A model generated the notes under the pieces. It made no database searches and was not told the origin of the DNA. It was given only the letters and a program-made list of their open reading frames with translations. From contig JBMNFY010000010.1 in assembly GCA_050949565.1 (NCBI GenBank), forward strand, positions 64,001-128,000: DNA of 64,000 nucleotides, in the 5' to 3' direction. This DNA is from Kiritimatiellia bacterium (GTDB lineage Bacteria; Verrucomicrobiota; Kiritimatiellia; RFP12; UBA1067). Made by a program: the position numbers and the translations under genes. Positions 41,741 through 52,066 of this stretch are shown here, piece after piece (position 1 is the first letter of the stretch; each line of letters opens with the position of its first letter).

Positions 41741-42337
41741 ATGACCGAGCCTGAGGATAGGGCGAATGAAGCGGAGCGAACAGCGCAGGCGCGTGTTCGG
41801 CTCCGCCAAATTTTCGTGAGTTTCGCCAAAATCGGTGCCGTGTTGTTTGGCGGCGGGTACGCCATGCTGCCGCTGCTGGAGCGCGAAGTGGTCGATCGGC
41901 GTAAGTGGTGCCGACTTGAAGAAATGACGGATTACTACGCCATGGCGCAACTGGTGCCCGGCGTGGTGGCGGTGAATACGGCCATGCTGATCGGCCATCG
42001 TTTGCGTGGATTTTGGGGAACCGTCGCGGCGACATTGGGCGTTGTGTTGGCACCGTTCTTGGTGATTCTGGCCTACGCGATAGCCTTCGATCAAATGCGT
42101 GACTCAACTTTGCTGGCCAATGCAATGTCGGGCTTGCGTCCGGCAGTGGCGGGCTTGATGTTGGGCGTGGCGTACACAATGTTCATGCGCAGTTGCAAGA
42201 CGCGGCTGGGTACCGGCGTATCGTTAGCTGTTGCATTTTTAACGCTCGTGTGCGGTGTCAGCGCGGTGACCGTGATCCTGCTGGGCGTGGCGGTCGGCAT
42301 CGGTTGGTTCGTATTGGAGGCACGGCGGCGGCCATGA
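41741..42337 (+). CDS. chrA: Chromate transporter, short-chain subunit 1
   Basis: FAKIGAVLFGGGYAM, AQLVPG. Confidence 0.9.
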   Translation: MTEPEDRANEAERTAQARVRLRQIFVSFAKIGAVLFGGGYAMLPLLEREVVDRRKWCRLEEMTDYYAMAQLVPGVVAVNTAMLIGHRLRGFWGTVAATLGVVLAPFLVILAYAIAFDQMRDSTLLANAMSGLRPAVAGLMLGVAYTMFMRSCKTRLGTGVSLAVAFLTLVCGVSAVTVILLGVAVGIGWFVLEARRRP

Positions 42338-42924
42338 ATCTTTTTGTCAAACTGGCCTATGTGTTTTTCAAGATAGGTCTGCTGACGGTCGGCGGCGGCC
42401 TGGCGATGATTCCCATCATCCAGTATGAGATGGTGCGGCGCGGGTGGCTGGACAATCAGCAGTTTTTGGATATCCTCGGGATCGCGGAGATGACGCCGGG
42501 GCCGATTTCAGTCAACACAGCGACGTTCGTCGGGTACCGGGTGATTGCCGATGCGTACACGGGGGCGCTGGCGCTGGCGGTGCTTGGGGCGCTGGTGGGA
42601 ACGGTGGCGGTATGTACGCCCTCGTTGCTTTGCGTCAATCTGTTCGGCGCATTTTGGAGCCGGAACCGCAACCATCCCTGCATGTCGCGCGTCTTTAGCA
42701 TTATGAGGCCGTTGGTGACCGGACTGATTATCACAGCGGCAGTGTCGCTGGTCTTGCATGCGCTATGGGGCGAGTCTCTCAAAGGCATGACAGAGCGCCT
42801 GCCTGATTTGCGCATGGCGGCGATTGCGGCGGCGGCCTTTGCGCTTACGGCCTTTGGCAAGGTCTCGCCGGTCGTTGTCTTGCTCGGCGGCGCCTGCGCC
42901 GGAGTTGTGCTAGGGTGGATGTAG
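42334..42924 (+). CDS. chrA: Chromate transporter, short-chain subunit 2
   Basis: FFKIGLLTVGGG, AEMTPGPISVNTATFVG; ATGA coupling. Confidence 0.9.
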   Translation: MNLFVKLAYVFFKIGLLTVGGGLAMIPIIQYEMVRRGWLDNQQFLDILGIAEMTPGPISVNTATFVGYRVIADAYTGALALAVLGALVGTVAVCTPSLLCVNLFGAFWSRNRNHPCMSRVFSIMRPLVTGLIITAAVSLVLHALWGESLKGMTERLPDLRMAAIAAAAFALTAFGKVSPVVVLLGGACAGVVLGWM

Positions 42925-42932
42925 GAGACGTC

Positions 42933-44306
42933 ATGATCGTCTGTTTCAAGAGATGCGACGAGGCGATGTTGCGCGCGGCGCGCGCGGTGGCGGAGCGTTT
43001 GGTCGCGGCCGGTCATGAGGCGCTGTTTGCCGGCGGGTGCGTCCGCGATGCCTGGCTGGGACGTCCCTTTAAAGACATCGACATCGCGACATCCGCCACT
43101 CCCGATCAGGTCGAGGCGATTTTTGCAGGGCATACGGTGGCGGTCGGCAAAGCGTTCGGTGTGGTGCTGGTGTTGCGCGACGGTTATACATTCGACGTTG
43201 CGACGTTCCGCACCGATGGCGACTACGCGGACGGCCGACATCCTGACGACGTGCATTTCGGGACGCCTGAAGACGATGCTTTGCGTCGGGACTTCACCGT
43301 GAACGGCCTGTTTTGTGAGCCTGCCAGCGGGGTGATCCGCGACTATGTGGGCGGCGTGCCGGATCTGAAGGCACGTGTGATCCGGGCCATCGGCGATCCT
43401 GTCGCCCGCTTTCGTGAGGATCACCTGCGCATGTTGCGCGCCGCGCGCTTTGCGTCAGTGCTCGATTTTACGCTTGATCCGGCGACACAGGCGGCGATGA
43501 TGGCGCATGCAACGTGGATCAAGTGGGTCAGCGCGGAACGTATCGCGTCGGAAATGACCCGCCTGCTGTGTGAGTCGCCGCGTCCCTCCGTGGGGCTTCG
43601 TCTGCTTCGCGTGACCGGCCTGTTGCGGGAGTTCCTGCCGGAGGTCGAGGCACTGTACGGTACGGAACAACCGCCGCGCTACCACCCCGAAGGCGATGTC
43701 TGGACGCACACCTGCCTCATGCTTGATGACGTTCCGGCACCGCGTGACCCCGTGCTGGCGTGGTCGCTGCTGCTGCATGACATTGGTAAGCCCGTCACAT
43801 TCTGCCGGAAAGACGATGCGGAAGACGATGGAAACCAAATCCGTTTCCCCAGCCACGCGCCGGTGGGGGCGGCAATGGCCGAAGTCATTTTGAAGCGGTT
43901 GAAGCAACCGACCGCACTGATCGAGCAGGTCAAGGCGGTGGTAGCGGATCACATGCGAGGGGCCGACGCTGAAAAGATGCGTCCCGCAACCTTGCGGCGC
44001 TTTATGGGGAGTCCCGTTTTCCCTGTCCTGCTGGAGGTCATGCGCCTGGACATCAAGCACAGCAACAAGCAGTCCGCGCCGTGGCTCTTTTTGAAAGAGG
44101 CGTTTGAGGCGTTCCGCGCCGAACCGGTTCTGCCGCCGCCGTTGGTCAGGGGACGGGATCTGGTGGCGTGGGGAATCGCACCGGGGCCACGCGTGGGGGC
44201 GATGTTGCGCGAGTTGTATGACGCCCAACTAGAGGGGCGGCTGACAACCCGCGAAGAAGCACAGGCGTATGTCGCGAGCTTGGACGGCACGCCTCTTCAT
44301 CAATAG
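42933..44306 (+). CDS. cca: CCA tRNA nucleotidyltransferase / poly(A) polymerase family with HD domain
   Basis: GGCVRD, DIDIAT, RRDFTVN, EDHLRMLRAARF, HPEGDVWTH, LLHDIGK. Confidence 0.92.
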   Translation: MIVCFKRCDEAMLRAARAVAERLVAAGHEALFAGGCVRDAWLGRPFKDIDIATSATPDQVEAIFAGHTVAVGKAFGVVLVLRDGYTFDVATFRTDGDYADGRHPDDVHFGTPEDDALRRDFTVNGLFCEPASGVIRDYVGGVPDLKARVIRAIGDPVARFREDHLRMLRAARFASVLDFTLDPATQAAMMAHATWIKWVSAERIASEMTRLLCESPRPSVGLRLLRVTGLLREFLPEVEALYGTEQPPRYHPEGDVWTHTCLMLDDVPAPRDPVLAWSLLLHDIGKPVTFCRKDDAEDDGNQIRFPSHAPVGAAMAEVILKRLKQPTALIEQVKAVVADHMRGADAEKMRPATLRRFMGSPVFPVLLEVMRLDIKHSNKQSAPWLFLKEAFEAFRAEPVLPPPLVRGRDLVAWGIAPGPRVGAMLRELYDAQLEGRLTTREEAQAYVASLDGTPLHQ

Positions 44307-44362
44307 CCGCTAAGAGCGCAAGGCAAAACCTTCGCTCACGCGAGAATAATGCGCGGTCTGAC

Positions 44363-44391
44363 TTGACAGGAACAAGTGGGTGGCGTATAAG
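44363..44391 (+). promoter_or_regulatory. sigma70 promoter
   Basis: TTGACA-17 nt-TATAAG. Confidence 0.7.
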
Positions 44392-44441
44392 GGGGTATGG
44401 TGTGGACCGGGCAATAACGTGCAGCAACGCAGAGGAGACGA

Positions 44442-47400
44442 ATGATGATACCAATTAGACGAAATGCATGGTGCGGAGTGGTTGCGATTTTCGTGTGCGC
44501 GGTAGCGTGGGCAGCGCGGGCGTAACTGCCCTCGGTGGGACACGGCAGAACCGTGGAAACACTGGTGACCGGTGTTGTGGCCGAGGCGGATGCGGTGGTG
44601 GTAGCGGGGACGTTGCGTAAGCTTGGCGAGGGGCGTCTGGCTGTGACGGCGTCGCACTTCACCGGCGGCACGATTGAAGTCGATCAGGGCACGCTGGCGC
44701 TGGATGCCAGTAGCTCGCTCTCGGTCCCCGTGCTGCCACCGCATATTCTCTCCAACAATCTGTTGCTGTGGGTCGATGCCACAACCAATGTGGTCATGGA
44801 CGGTGGGTCGCCTGCCCAGGTGCAGCGTTGGTGCGATGTGCGCGAGACCGACACGGCGGCGCCGACCCTGATGTATGCCGGACGTTACGGGGAGCATCCG
44901 GGGCCTACATTGGCGAGCCATGACTGGCTGGGTGCGAAACAGTATCTCGAGTTTGGCACAATGAAAAGCAACGGCTGCTGGCTCGCGCTGATGCAGCCCG
45001 GCGCGGGCGGGACGGTCACCAGCAACAAGACGCTGACCGGCAAGAGCTTTTTCGCGGTGCGCGGCACGCAGGGCGGCAACGGGTATCACGGGTTCTTCTT
45101 CGGCAGTTGGAGCGGTAGCGGCAACGGCGGAGACAAGCATTTCCACACCGGGTCTTCCGGCGCAACGCAAACGCCGTTGTTCGCCGAAGAGGCGGCGGAC
45201 AGCCTGCGCAACGGCTGGGTGTCGCTGGACGGTCGCCGCATCAACGGGTTCATGCAGTATCCGCACGACTGGTACGAGCTGGTCGGCGTTCACCTGCCCG
45301 CCGGCACGGCGAACTTTTCGAATTTTTTCAACGACCGCAACTATGCCTACGCGCCGACTACCACCACGAATTTCCGTCAGGGCGGCGGTCAATTGGCCGA
45401 GGTGCTGGTGTTCGAAAATGCGCTGAGCGAGAACGACCGGCTGGCCGTGGAGGCGTATCTGCAGAGCAAATGGTTCAACCGAGCCCAGCAGGGTGTGGTG
45501 GCGGTGCGCGCCGGGGCTGCGGCCGAGTTCCAGGTTGAGCCGGGCGAGACCCTCACGCTGGGCGGGCTGGACGGCGACGGCCTGCTCGTCAAGCGCGGCG
45601 GCGGCGCGCTGCACCTGCGGCGGCAGGCCGGGCTGCCGAAGAGCGCGCTGTACGTGGCGGAGGGCGGTGTAACGGTTGGTCCGCTGGTGAAGCGCGACGA
45701 TGTCGACGTGACGGTCACGACCAACGGCGCGGCGGATTTCGCGACGGGCGGGCGGCGTGTCACGGTGGCCGATGGCAGCATCGGCGTGCAGACGCTGGCC
45801 GAGGCGGGCGTGTTAGCCAAGGCCGGGGCCGGCGTGTGGTCCACGGCGGAGATTCCTCAGGGTGTGAAGACGGTGCGCGTGGAGGCGGGCACGCTCCGTC
45901 TCGCGCCGCCGATCGTGCCGCGCGTCGCCGCTTGTGATCGGCAGCGTGCCGAACGCGGACTTTGAGAAGACAAGTGGTTCGATGGGCGCTGGCGCCTGGG
46001 GGTACGGTTCTTCTAACGCAGAGTGGACTTTCATGCCGCAACGAAGATCACGGAGATCGGCGCTACCAATCAGGTCGACAAGGGTGCGGGCCTGGCCACG
46101 CCCGGCTCGCCCTGGCTCGCGGCATGGGTCCCGCTACTCTGGGGCGGGCGTGTGGTCGCCTTTGTGCAGCGTTCCGGTACCATGGAGGGGACGGTCACGT
46201 TACCGCAGGCGGGCGTGTACCGGCTGACCTTCGCGCATGCGCGGCGCACATCACACGTCCTGCCGCATCTGCTGGAGGTGGTGTTTGACGGCGTGGCGGT
46301 GGGCAAGGTCGAGGCGAATAGTGATTTATTCACGCGCCGCGACATCCGTCTGCCGTACCGTGAGGCGGGTAGCTACAGTCTCATGTTCCGTGGTGTACAC
46401 ATCGAAGCGGGCGACCGCACGTCGCTGATCGACGACATCCGGCTGGAGCGAGTGGAGGAAGATGGCAATTTGGTGCAGGACGGCTCCTTCGAGGAGACCG
46501 GCGATCTCACGCTGCGGCTCAATAGTCAGACACGCTACGAGATCGGCTCGGTGTTGAACGGTCGCGGCTGGACCTTCTCCCCGACGCGGTGACCAACCTC
46601 CTTAGCGGTGGTGTCACCGGCACGAATATCGCGGCGGCGGGCGTGGCCGAGGATCTGGGCGGCTGGATGGTGAGCCCGGTGCAGGACGGCTCCTTCGAGG
46701 AGACCGGCGATCTTACGTTGCGGCTCAACAGCCAGGCGCGCTACGAAATCGGCTCGGTGTTGAACGGCCGCGGGTGGACCTTCTCCGACGCGGTGACCAA
46801 CTTGAACCTCAGCGGCGGTGTCACCGGCACGAATATAGCGGCGGCGGGCGTGGCCGAGGATCTGGGCGGCTGGATGGTGAGCCCTGTGGCCGGCGGGCGC
46901 ACGGCTTTCCTGTTCGGCGACGGCAAACTGCGTACGACGGTGACCTTTCCATCCGGCGGCGTCTACCTTTACCGGGTTTCGTTCTTGGGCGCGGGCGGTG
47001 CTGGCGGATCACCGTTCACGCGGGCGGCTGCGTATACGAGCGTGAATGCCCGGCACACGCTGGACGTGACGTTCGATGGTACTAAAATTGCGCCGATCAG
47101 CCTTGGGCCGCCGGGGTTCCAACCATTTGAAGTGACGCTGCCGGCGGTGACGCAGGGCCAGACCGCCGTGATCGGCTTTGAGGGCAGCAGCGGCACGAAC
47201 GGTCATATGCGCATCGGCTTGATTGATGACGTGCGCGTGACTTATGTGGGGCCGTCCGTGGTACAGGAGGGCGGATTCGAAAACCCGGTCACGTGGGGCT
47301 CCACGGTTGCTCCCGGCGGAGCGGCGTGGTCGTTCACGTCGACCGCCGATAGCGGTGATCCCGACACCAAGAGCGGAATCTGCGTGGAGCGCCAGCCCTT

Positions 47401-47965
47401 TGCGTTCGCTGTGCCGATGGGACGGCAGGTGGGGTGGATACAAAGGACCGCCTCGATCCGGCAGTCGGTGACCTTCCCGGAGGACGGGTACTACGCGGTC
47501 TCGTTCATGGCGGCCGCGCGTACAGAGGGGAATTACTCGCATACGGGCCATGACCTTGCGCTAATGCTCAACGACGTGGCGGTGGGCACGGTGACCACGA
47601 CCGATTATCTGTACGAGCGCTACACGTTCCGCCTGCCGTACGTCAAGGCCGGCGTGTCGTATCTGCTTGCATTCCAGGGGCTCAACTCAGCCGGGGGCGA
47701 CCGGTCGTCGGCCATCGATGATGTGCGCGTAACGCGGCTGGCGGTGGCCGAGGAGTATGTGCCCTTCCCGGAGGGATTGACAATCGAACTGGCCGAGGGC
47801 GCGAAACTGACGCTGGATTTTGCGGGCACGCAGCCGTTGCACGCCCTGCGCATCAATGGCCGTCATGTGAGCGGCACCGTTTCGGCGGCGACGCACCCTG
47901 CGGCCATCACCGGCACCGGTACGTTGCAATTGCCGAACCTCGGATCATTGCTGTTTTTACGTTAA
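44442..47965 (+). pseudogene. Large secreted beta-strand-repeat / carbohydrate-binding-like protein; in-frame TAA at 44523, frameshifts at ~45935, ~46035, ~46581, internal duplication
   Basis: GAGGAG + ATG 44442, signal peptide ...AWAARA*LPSVG in frame with ORF 44535; KLGEGRL; repeated (N/D/E)xxFE...IDD(V/I)R domains; ends GSLLFLR*. Confidence 0.8.
46472..46887 (+). repeat. Intragenic tandem duplication, ~206-bp unit
   Basis: 46472-46677 and 46678-~46884 both encode VQDGSFEETGDLTLRLNSQ...GWMVSP. Confidence 0.95.
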
Positions 47966-48009
47966 AAATCCGCTACTCAAAGCGGCGCGGCTTTGCTAAA
48001 CTTCCGACC

Positions 48010-48246
48010 ATGAAATTGAAACTGAAGAAAGAACCCGATGCTGTCACAGCGATTCCGGAAGAGCCCAAGGCGTCCGGCGGAGCCTTTATCTCGGCGCGTC
48101 ACCGCAACCCGGCCGATGAACTGGCTACGCAGGGAACGGGAGCGGGCGACAAGATCGGCGGCATCTGCGCGATCATCGCCACCATCTTTCTGGCGATCAT
48201 CACCTTCCTGATGTACGCGAACTGGGATCTGATTAAGTCCGCCTGA
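48010..48246 (+). CDS. Small membrane protein
   Basis: 78-aa ORF with one C-terminal hydrophobic helix. Confidence 0.75.
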   Translation: MKLKLKKEPDAVTAIPEEPKASGGAFISARHRNPADELATQGTGAGDKIGGICAIIATIFLAIITFLMYANWDLIKSA

Positions 48247-48274
48247 ACCGGAGACGGAGGCAGATTTGATCACG

Positions 48275-49015
48275 ATGCTACGCAGATGGCTGTGGCGTCT
48301 GCGAAGTTTATTTTCGAGGGCACCTGCCGCGATGACGCTCGCGGCAGTGTGTCTTTTTGTTTTTTTGATGCAGCAGACGGCGGCACGGACCGAGTTTGTC
48401 TATGGTTACAGCTATGGTCATGTGCTACTCTCTTGTTTCGGTCTGAACGGTGCGCTATTGAGCCGGGGCTTCTTCTGGCAGCCGCTGACCTATATGTTTC
48501 TGCACGCCAGTTGGATGCATCTGGGGCTGAACATGCTGACGGTGCTGCTTTTCGGCTCGGGGCTTGAGTCGGAGATCGGCGGACGTCAGTTCTGGCAGGT
48601 CTTTCTGTGGGGCGGCGTGCTGGGCGGACTGGGCTGGTTGGCCGTGACGGCGGTGCTGCCCATGTTGCCGCCGCTGTCGGCGTTGACGCAGTGGATGCCG
48701 TCTGCTCTGCGCGCCTGGATCGGTACGGCGGACGCGGCGGGGCGCTCGCTGGATACGGCACTGTGTATCGGTGCGTCCGGCGGGGTGTTCGCCCTGATCG
48801 GGGCGTATGCCGCACTCTTCCCGCAACGCGAGGTGTATGTGCTGGTGTTGGTTTTTCCGGTACGCATGAAGGCACGCACGTTGGCGTGGTTGCTGGGCGT
48901 GGTCACCGTGATTGAAGCGGTGCTGGTGCAGTCGCAGGTGGCGTACGCGGCCCATTTGGCCGGTGGCCTGAGTGGGTATCTGTGTGGACGTCGGATAAGA
49001 GGAGGCGGGCGATGA
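48275..49015 (+). CDS. Rhomboid family intramembrane serine protease
   Basis: WQPLTYMFLH...HLGLNM, IGASG, AHLAG. Confidence 0.92.
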   Translation: MLRRWLWRLRSLFSRAPAAMTLAAVCLFVFLMQQTAARTEFVYGYSYGHVLLSCFGLNGALLSRGFFWQPLTYMFLHASWMHLGLNMLTVLLFGSGLESEIGGRQFWQVFLWGGVLGGLGWLAVTAVLPMLPPLSALTQWMPSALRAWIGTADAAGRSLDTALCIGASGGVFALIGAYAALFPQREVYVLVLVFPVRMKARTLAWLLGVVTVIEAVLVQSQVAYAAHLAGGLSGYLCGRRIRGGGR

Positions 49016-49893
49016 CGACGGTGTGTGATGTGATGGATGATCTGCGGGCGATGGCCGCAGTCAAAGCAGCGTTGGCCGAGGACGTGGGCGAAGGCGACGC
49101 GACGACGCTTGCGCTGGTGGATCCCGCCGCGCGTGCGACCGGCGAGATTCTGGCGCGCGAGGCGTGCCGCGTGGCGGGGGTGACGGTGGCGCGTGCGGTG
49201 CTGACTTGTGTCGATCCTGCGTTGCGCGTGGCGGTCATCGTGCCGGATGGCGAGACGGTTGAGCCCGGCGACACGATTCTGACGATCGAAGGCAAGGCGA
49301 CCTCGATTCTGACGGCGGAGCGCACAGCGCTCAATTTCATGCAGCGGATGTGCGGCATCGCCACGTTGACCGCGCGTTTCGTGAAGGCGGTCGAGGCGTA
49401 TGGGACGATGATTCTCGACACACGAAAAACCACGCCCAATCTGCGTCTTTTCGAGAAGTACGCTGTGACGTGCGGCGGCGGCACGAACCATCGCTTCGGC
49501 CTCTACGACCGCGTGCTGGTCAAGGATAACCACCGCCGCCTTTGGCAAGGGGGGGACCCCGACCGGCTGGACTTAGCGGTGGCGGCGGCGCGTGAAGCCT
49601 TTCCGCTGCTGGAGGTCGAGATCGAGGTCGAGAGCGTGGCCGAATGCCAAAGTGCGTTGCGTGGTCGGCCAGAGTGGATCATGCTCGACAACATGTCATG
49701 TGAGATGATGCGCACATGCGTGGCGCTGTGCCGTGGCGTGTCGAAGACCGAAGCTTCGGGCGGCATCACGCTGGCGCGGGCGCAAGAGGTTGCTGCGACC
49801 GGTGTCGATGCGATTTCGCTGGGTTGTCTGACACATTCCGCGCCTTCGGTGGATCTGGCGCTGGAGTGGCGTGCAGAGGTAGGTAATAGGTAG
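49012..49893 (+). CDS. nadC: Nicotinate-nucleotide diphosphorylase (carboxylating)
   Basis: ERTALNF, DTRKTTP, NHRFGL, KDNH, IMLDN, EASGGI. Confidence 0.97.
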   Translation: MTTVCDVMDDLRAMAAVKAALAEDVGEGDATTLALVDPAARATGEILAREACRVAGVTVARAVLTCVDPALRVAVIVPDGETVEPGDTILTIEGKATSILTAERTALNFMQRMCGIATLTARFVKAVEAYGTMILDTRKTTPNLRLFEKYAVTCGGGTNHRFGLYDRVLVKDNHRRLWQGGDPDRLDLAVAAAREAFPLLEVEIEVESVAECQSALRGRPEWIMLDNMSCEMMRTCVALCRGVSKTEASGGITLARAQEVAATGVDAISLGCLTHSAPSVDLALEWRAEVGNR

Positions 49894-49954
49894 TAGGTAA
49901 TAGGTGAGGTAATCAGTGTGCGAAGATCATGCGTTTATGGTGAAAAGGGGAGCG

Positions 49955-50370
49955 GTGAGTCGGGAGCGCGGGCGTCCTCGCCCGCAACAACGTGTCGTGC
50001 AAAAGACTGATGCGCATACGCGCTCCGTTTTTAATTTTGACATGATTAACATGATTTGGAGGGCGAGTGTCCCCACGAGCCGCCTTCCGCTGTGCGGAAG
50101 GATGATTTCAAGGTTTGTTGCGGAGCACCGGGAGGGACGAGCGTCTGCTCGTCCGCGGGCAAGCAGACGCTTGCCCCTCCCAGCGGCGGTCACGCCGCCG
50201 CCCCGTAAAAGGTCTCAGCGTCTCCGCGTCTCTGCGTTAAAAAAACGTTCAACGCTCAACGCTCAACTTCCAACGCTCAACTTTCTGCGGGCGGGGACGC
50301 CCGCGCTCCCGGCTGTGTGCACACAAAACACGCGCTCGACTCGCATGCCCCCCCTGGCACCAACCGATTA
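49955..50370. repeat. Composite repeat, copy 2, with heptamer array extension
   Basis: Colinear with 33660-34010; tail matches 37578-37683 and 4140-4195. Confidence 0.9.
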
Positions 50371-50379
50371 CGAGAAGGA

Positions 50380-51147
50380 ATGACTGTGATGCGAATGGTG
50401 GTGGTGGATGTCGGGAATACGTCGACGAGCATCGGGCTGTATGAAAACGGCCGGGTGTCCCGCGTCAGCCGTGTGAAGGGCGGCATCAAGGAGGAGCCGG
50501 AGCGTTGCGCCAAAGCGTTGCGCGAAGCCGCGCACGGCGGGGCTGTATGCGGCGCGGTGCTCGGGTCGGTCGTACCGAACGTGAACGCGGACTGGATACA
50601 GCTTGTGCAACGTGAACAGGGGGGCTGCCGCTTGCTGACGGTGGATGCTACATTGCCGATGGATGTGACGGTCGACTATCCCGATCCCTCGAGCATCGGC
50701 GCGGACCGTCTGGCGGGGGCGTGCGGCGGGGTGCGGCGCTACGGTGCGCCATTGATCGTGGCGGATTTCGGTACCGCGCTGACCTTCGATGTCGTGACGC
50801 CCGACCGGCGCTATGTCGGCGGGGCGATCACGCCGGGGCTGCCGCTGATGACCGACTACCTCTACGAACGCACGGCGCTGTTGCCGCGCGTAGTGTTGGA
50901 AGGGCCGTGTCCGGAACTGGGGCGCAGCACGCAGCAGGCGATGCGTATCGGCGCACAGATCGGTTACCGCGGGATCGTGCGCGAGATTGTGACGTATCTG
51001 AGCGCGTCGCAGGACTGTACGTTCACGCTTGTGGCGACCGGCGGCTATGCCGACTGGGCGCTCAAGGATAGCGGTATGGCATTCACGTTCGATCCCGATC
51101 TGACACTTTTTGGACTGGGATGCATAGGAGAAAAGTCATGGGCATGA
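50380..51147 (+). CDS. coaX: Type III pantothenate kinase
   Basis: DVGNT, SVVP, IGADR, DFGTALTFD, GGAITPG, ATGG. Confidence 0.95.
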   Translation: MTVMRMVVVDVGNTSTSIGLYENGRVSRVSRVKGGIKEEPERCAKALREAAHGGAVCGAVLGSVVPNVNADWIQLVQREQGGCRLLTVDATLPMDVTVDYPDPSSIGADRLAGACGGVRRYGAPLIVADFGTALTFDVVTPDRRYVGGAITPGLPLMTDYLYERTALLPRVVLEGPCPELGRSTQQAMRIGAQIGYRGIVREIVTYLSASQDCTFTLVATGGYADWALKDSGMAFTFDPDLTLFGLGCIGEKSWA

Positions 51148-52055
51148 AACCGACAGTTGTGATTTTGGCGGCGGGTATGGGCAGCCGCTACGGCGGACTT
51201 AAACAGGTTGATCCGGTGGGGCCGTCGGGCGAGACGATCATGGATTACTCAGTCTACGACGCTCTGCGTGCGGGCTTCGGACGTATCGTGTTCGTGATCC
51301 GGCGCGATTTTGACGAGATATTTCGCACCACGATCGGCGCGCGATACGCGAGGGCGGTGGAGGTCGCGTACGCTTATCAGTCGCTCGATGACCTGCCGGA
51401 GGGGATGAGCGTGCCTGCCGAGCGCACCAAGCCGTGGGGCACGGCGCATGCGATCCGCGCCGCGCGTGAGGTGGTCGACACGCCTTTCGCTGCGATCAAC
51501 GCCGACGATTTTTACGGACGTGACGCTTTCCAGCAGCTCGCCTCCTTCCTGAACACGACTGCGGCGGGTGATGCCGCGAAACCGCGCTTCGCGATGGTGG
51601 GGTACCGGCTTGACCAGACGCTCTCCGGACATGGCAGCGTGGCGCGTGGCATCTGCGATGTGGGGCCGGACGGTCTGCTGGTATCTGTAACCGAGATGAC
51701 GCAACTCGTGCGTGTGCCGGGCGGTGTGGAGAACCGCGATGATCCGGAGCGTCCGGTCGCGTTGACCGGTGCCGAGCGGGTCTCGATGAACCTCTGGGGC
51801 TTCACGCCGGCGCTGTTCGACGCATTGGAGTGCCGTTTCCCGGCTTGGCTGGTGGCGCACGCGGACAATCCCAAAGCGGAGTGGTACATTCCGTTTGTGG
51901 TGGATGAAATGATCCACGACGGCGCGGCCGAGGTGACGATGCTGCCGACTGAGAGCGCTTGGTTCGGCGTGACCTACCGCGAAGACAAGCCGCGCGTGGT
52001 CGAAGCGGTACGGCAGCTCGTCGCGGCAGGGGAGTATCCAGAGAAGCTCTGGTAG
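51144..52055 (+). CDS. Sugar-phosphate nucleotidyltransferase family
   Basis: ILAAGMGSRYGGLKQ, KPWGTAHA, INADDFYG, WFGVTY.ED. Confidence 0.92.
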   Translation: MKPTVVILAAGMGSRYGGLKQVDPVGPSGETIMDYSVYDALRAGFGRIVFVIRRDFDEIFRTTIGARYARAVEVAYAYQSLDDLPEGMSVPAERTKPWGTAHAIRAAREVVDTPFAAINADDFYGRDAFQQLASFLNTTAAGDAAKPRFAMVGYRLDQTLSGHGSVARGICDVGPDGLLVSVTEMTQLVRVPGGVENRDDPERPVALTGAERVSMNLWGFTPALFDALECRFPAWLVAHADNPKAEWYIPFVVDEMIHDGAAEVTMLPTESAWFGVTYREDKPRVVEAVRQLVAAGEYPEKLW

Positions 52056-52066
52056 CGCGGCGACGG

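Noticed and set aside
48010-49015. Rhomboid as the sortase for the C-terminal motif
   Set aside because: Only adjacency supports it; the motif is too short to be a transmembrane substrate and the rhomboid is coupled to nadC.
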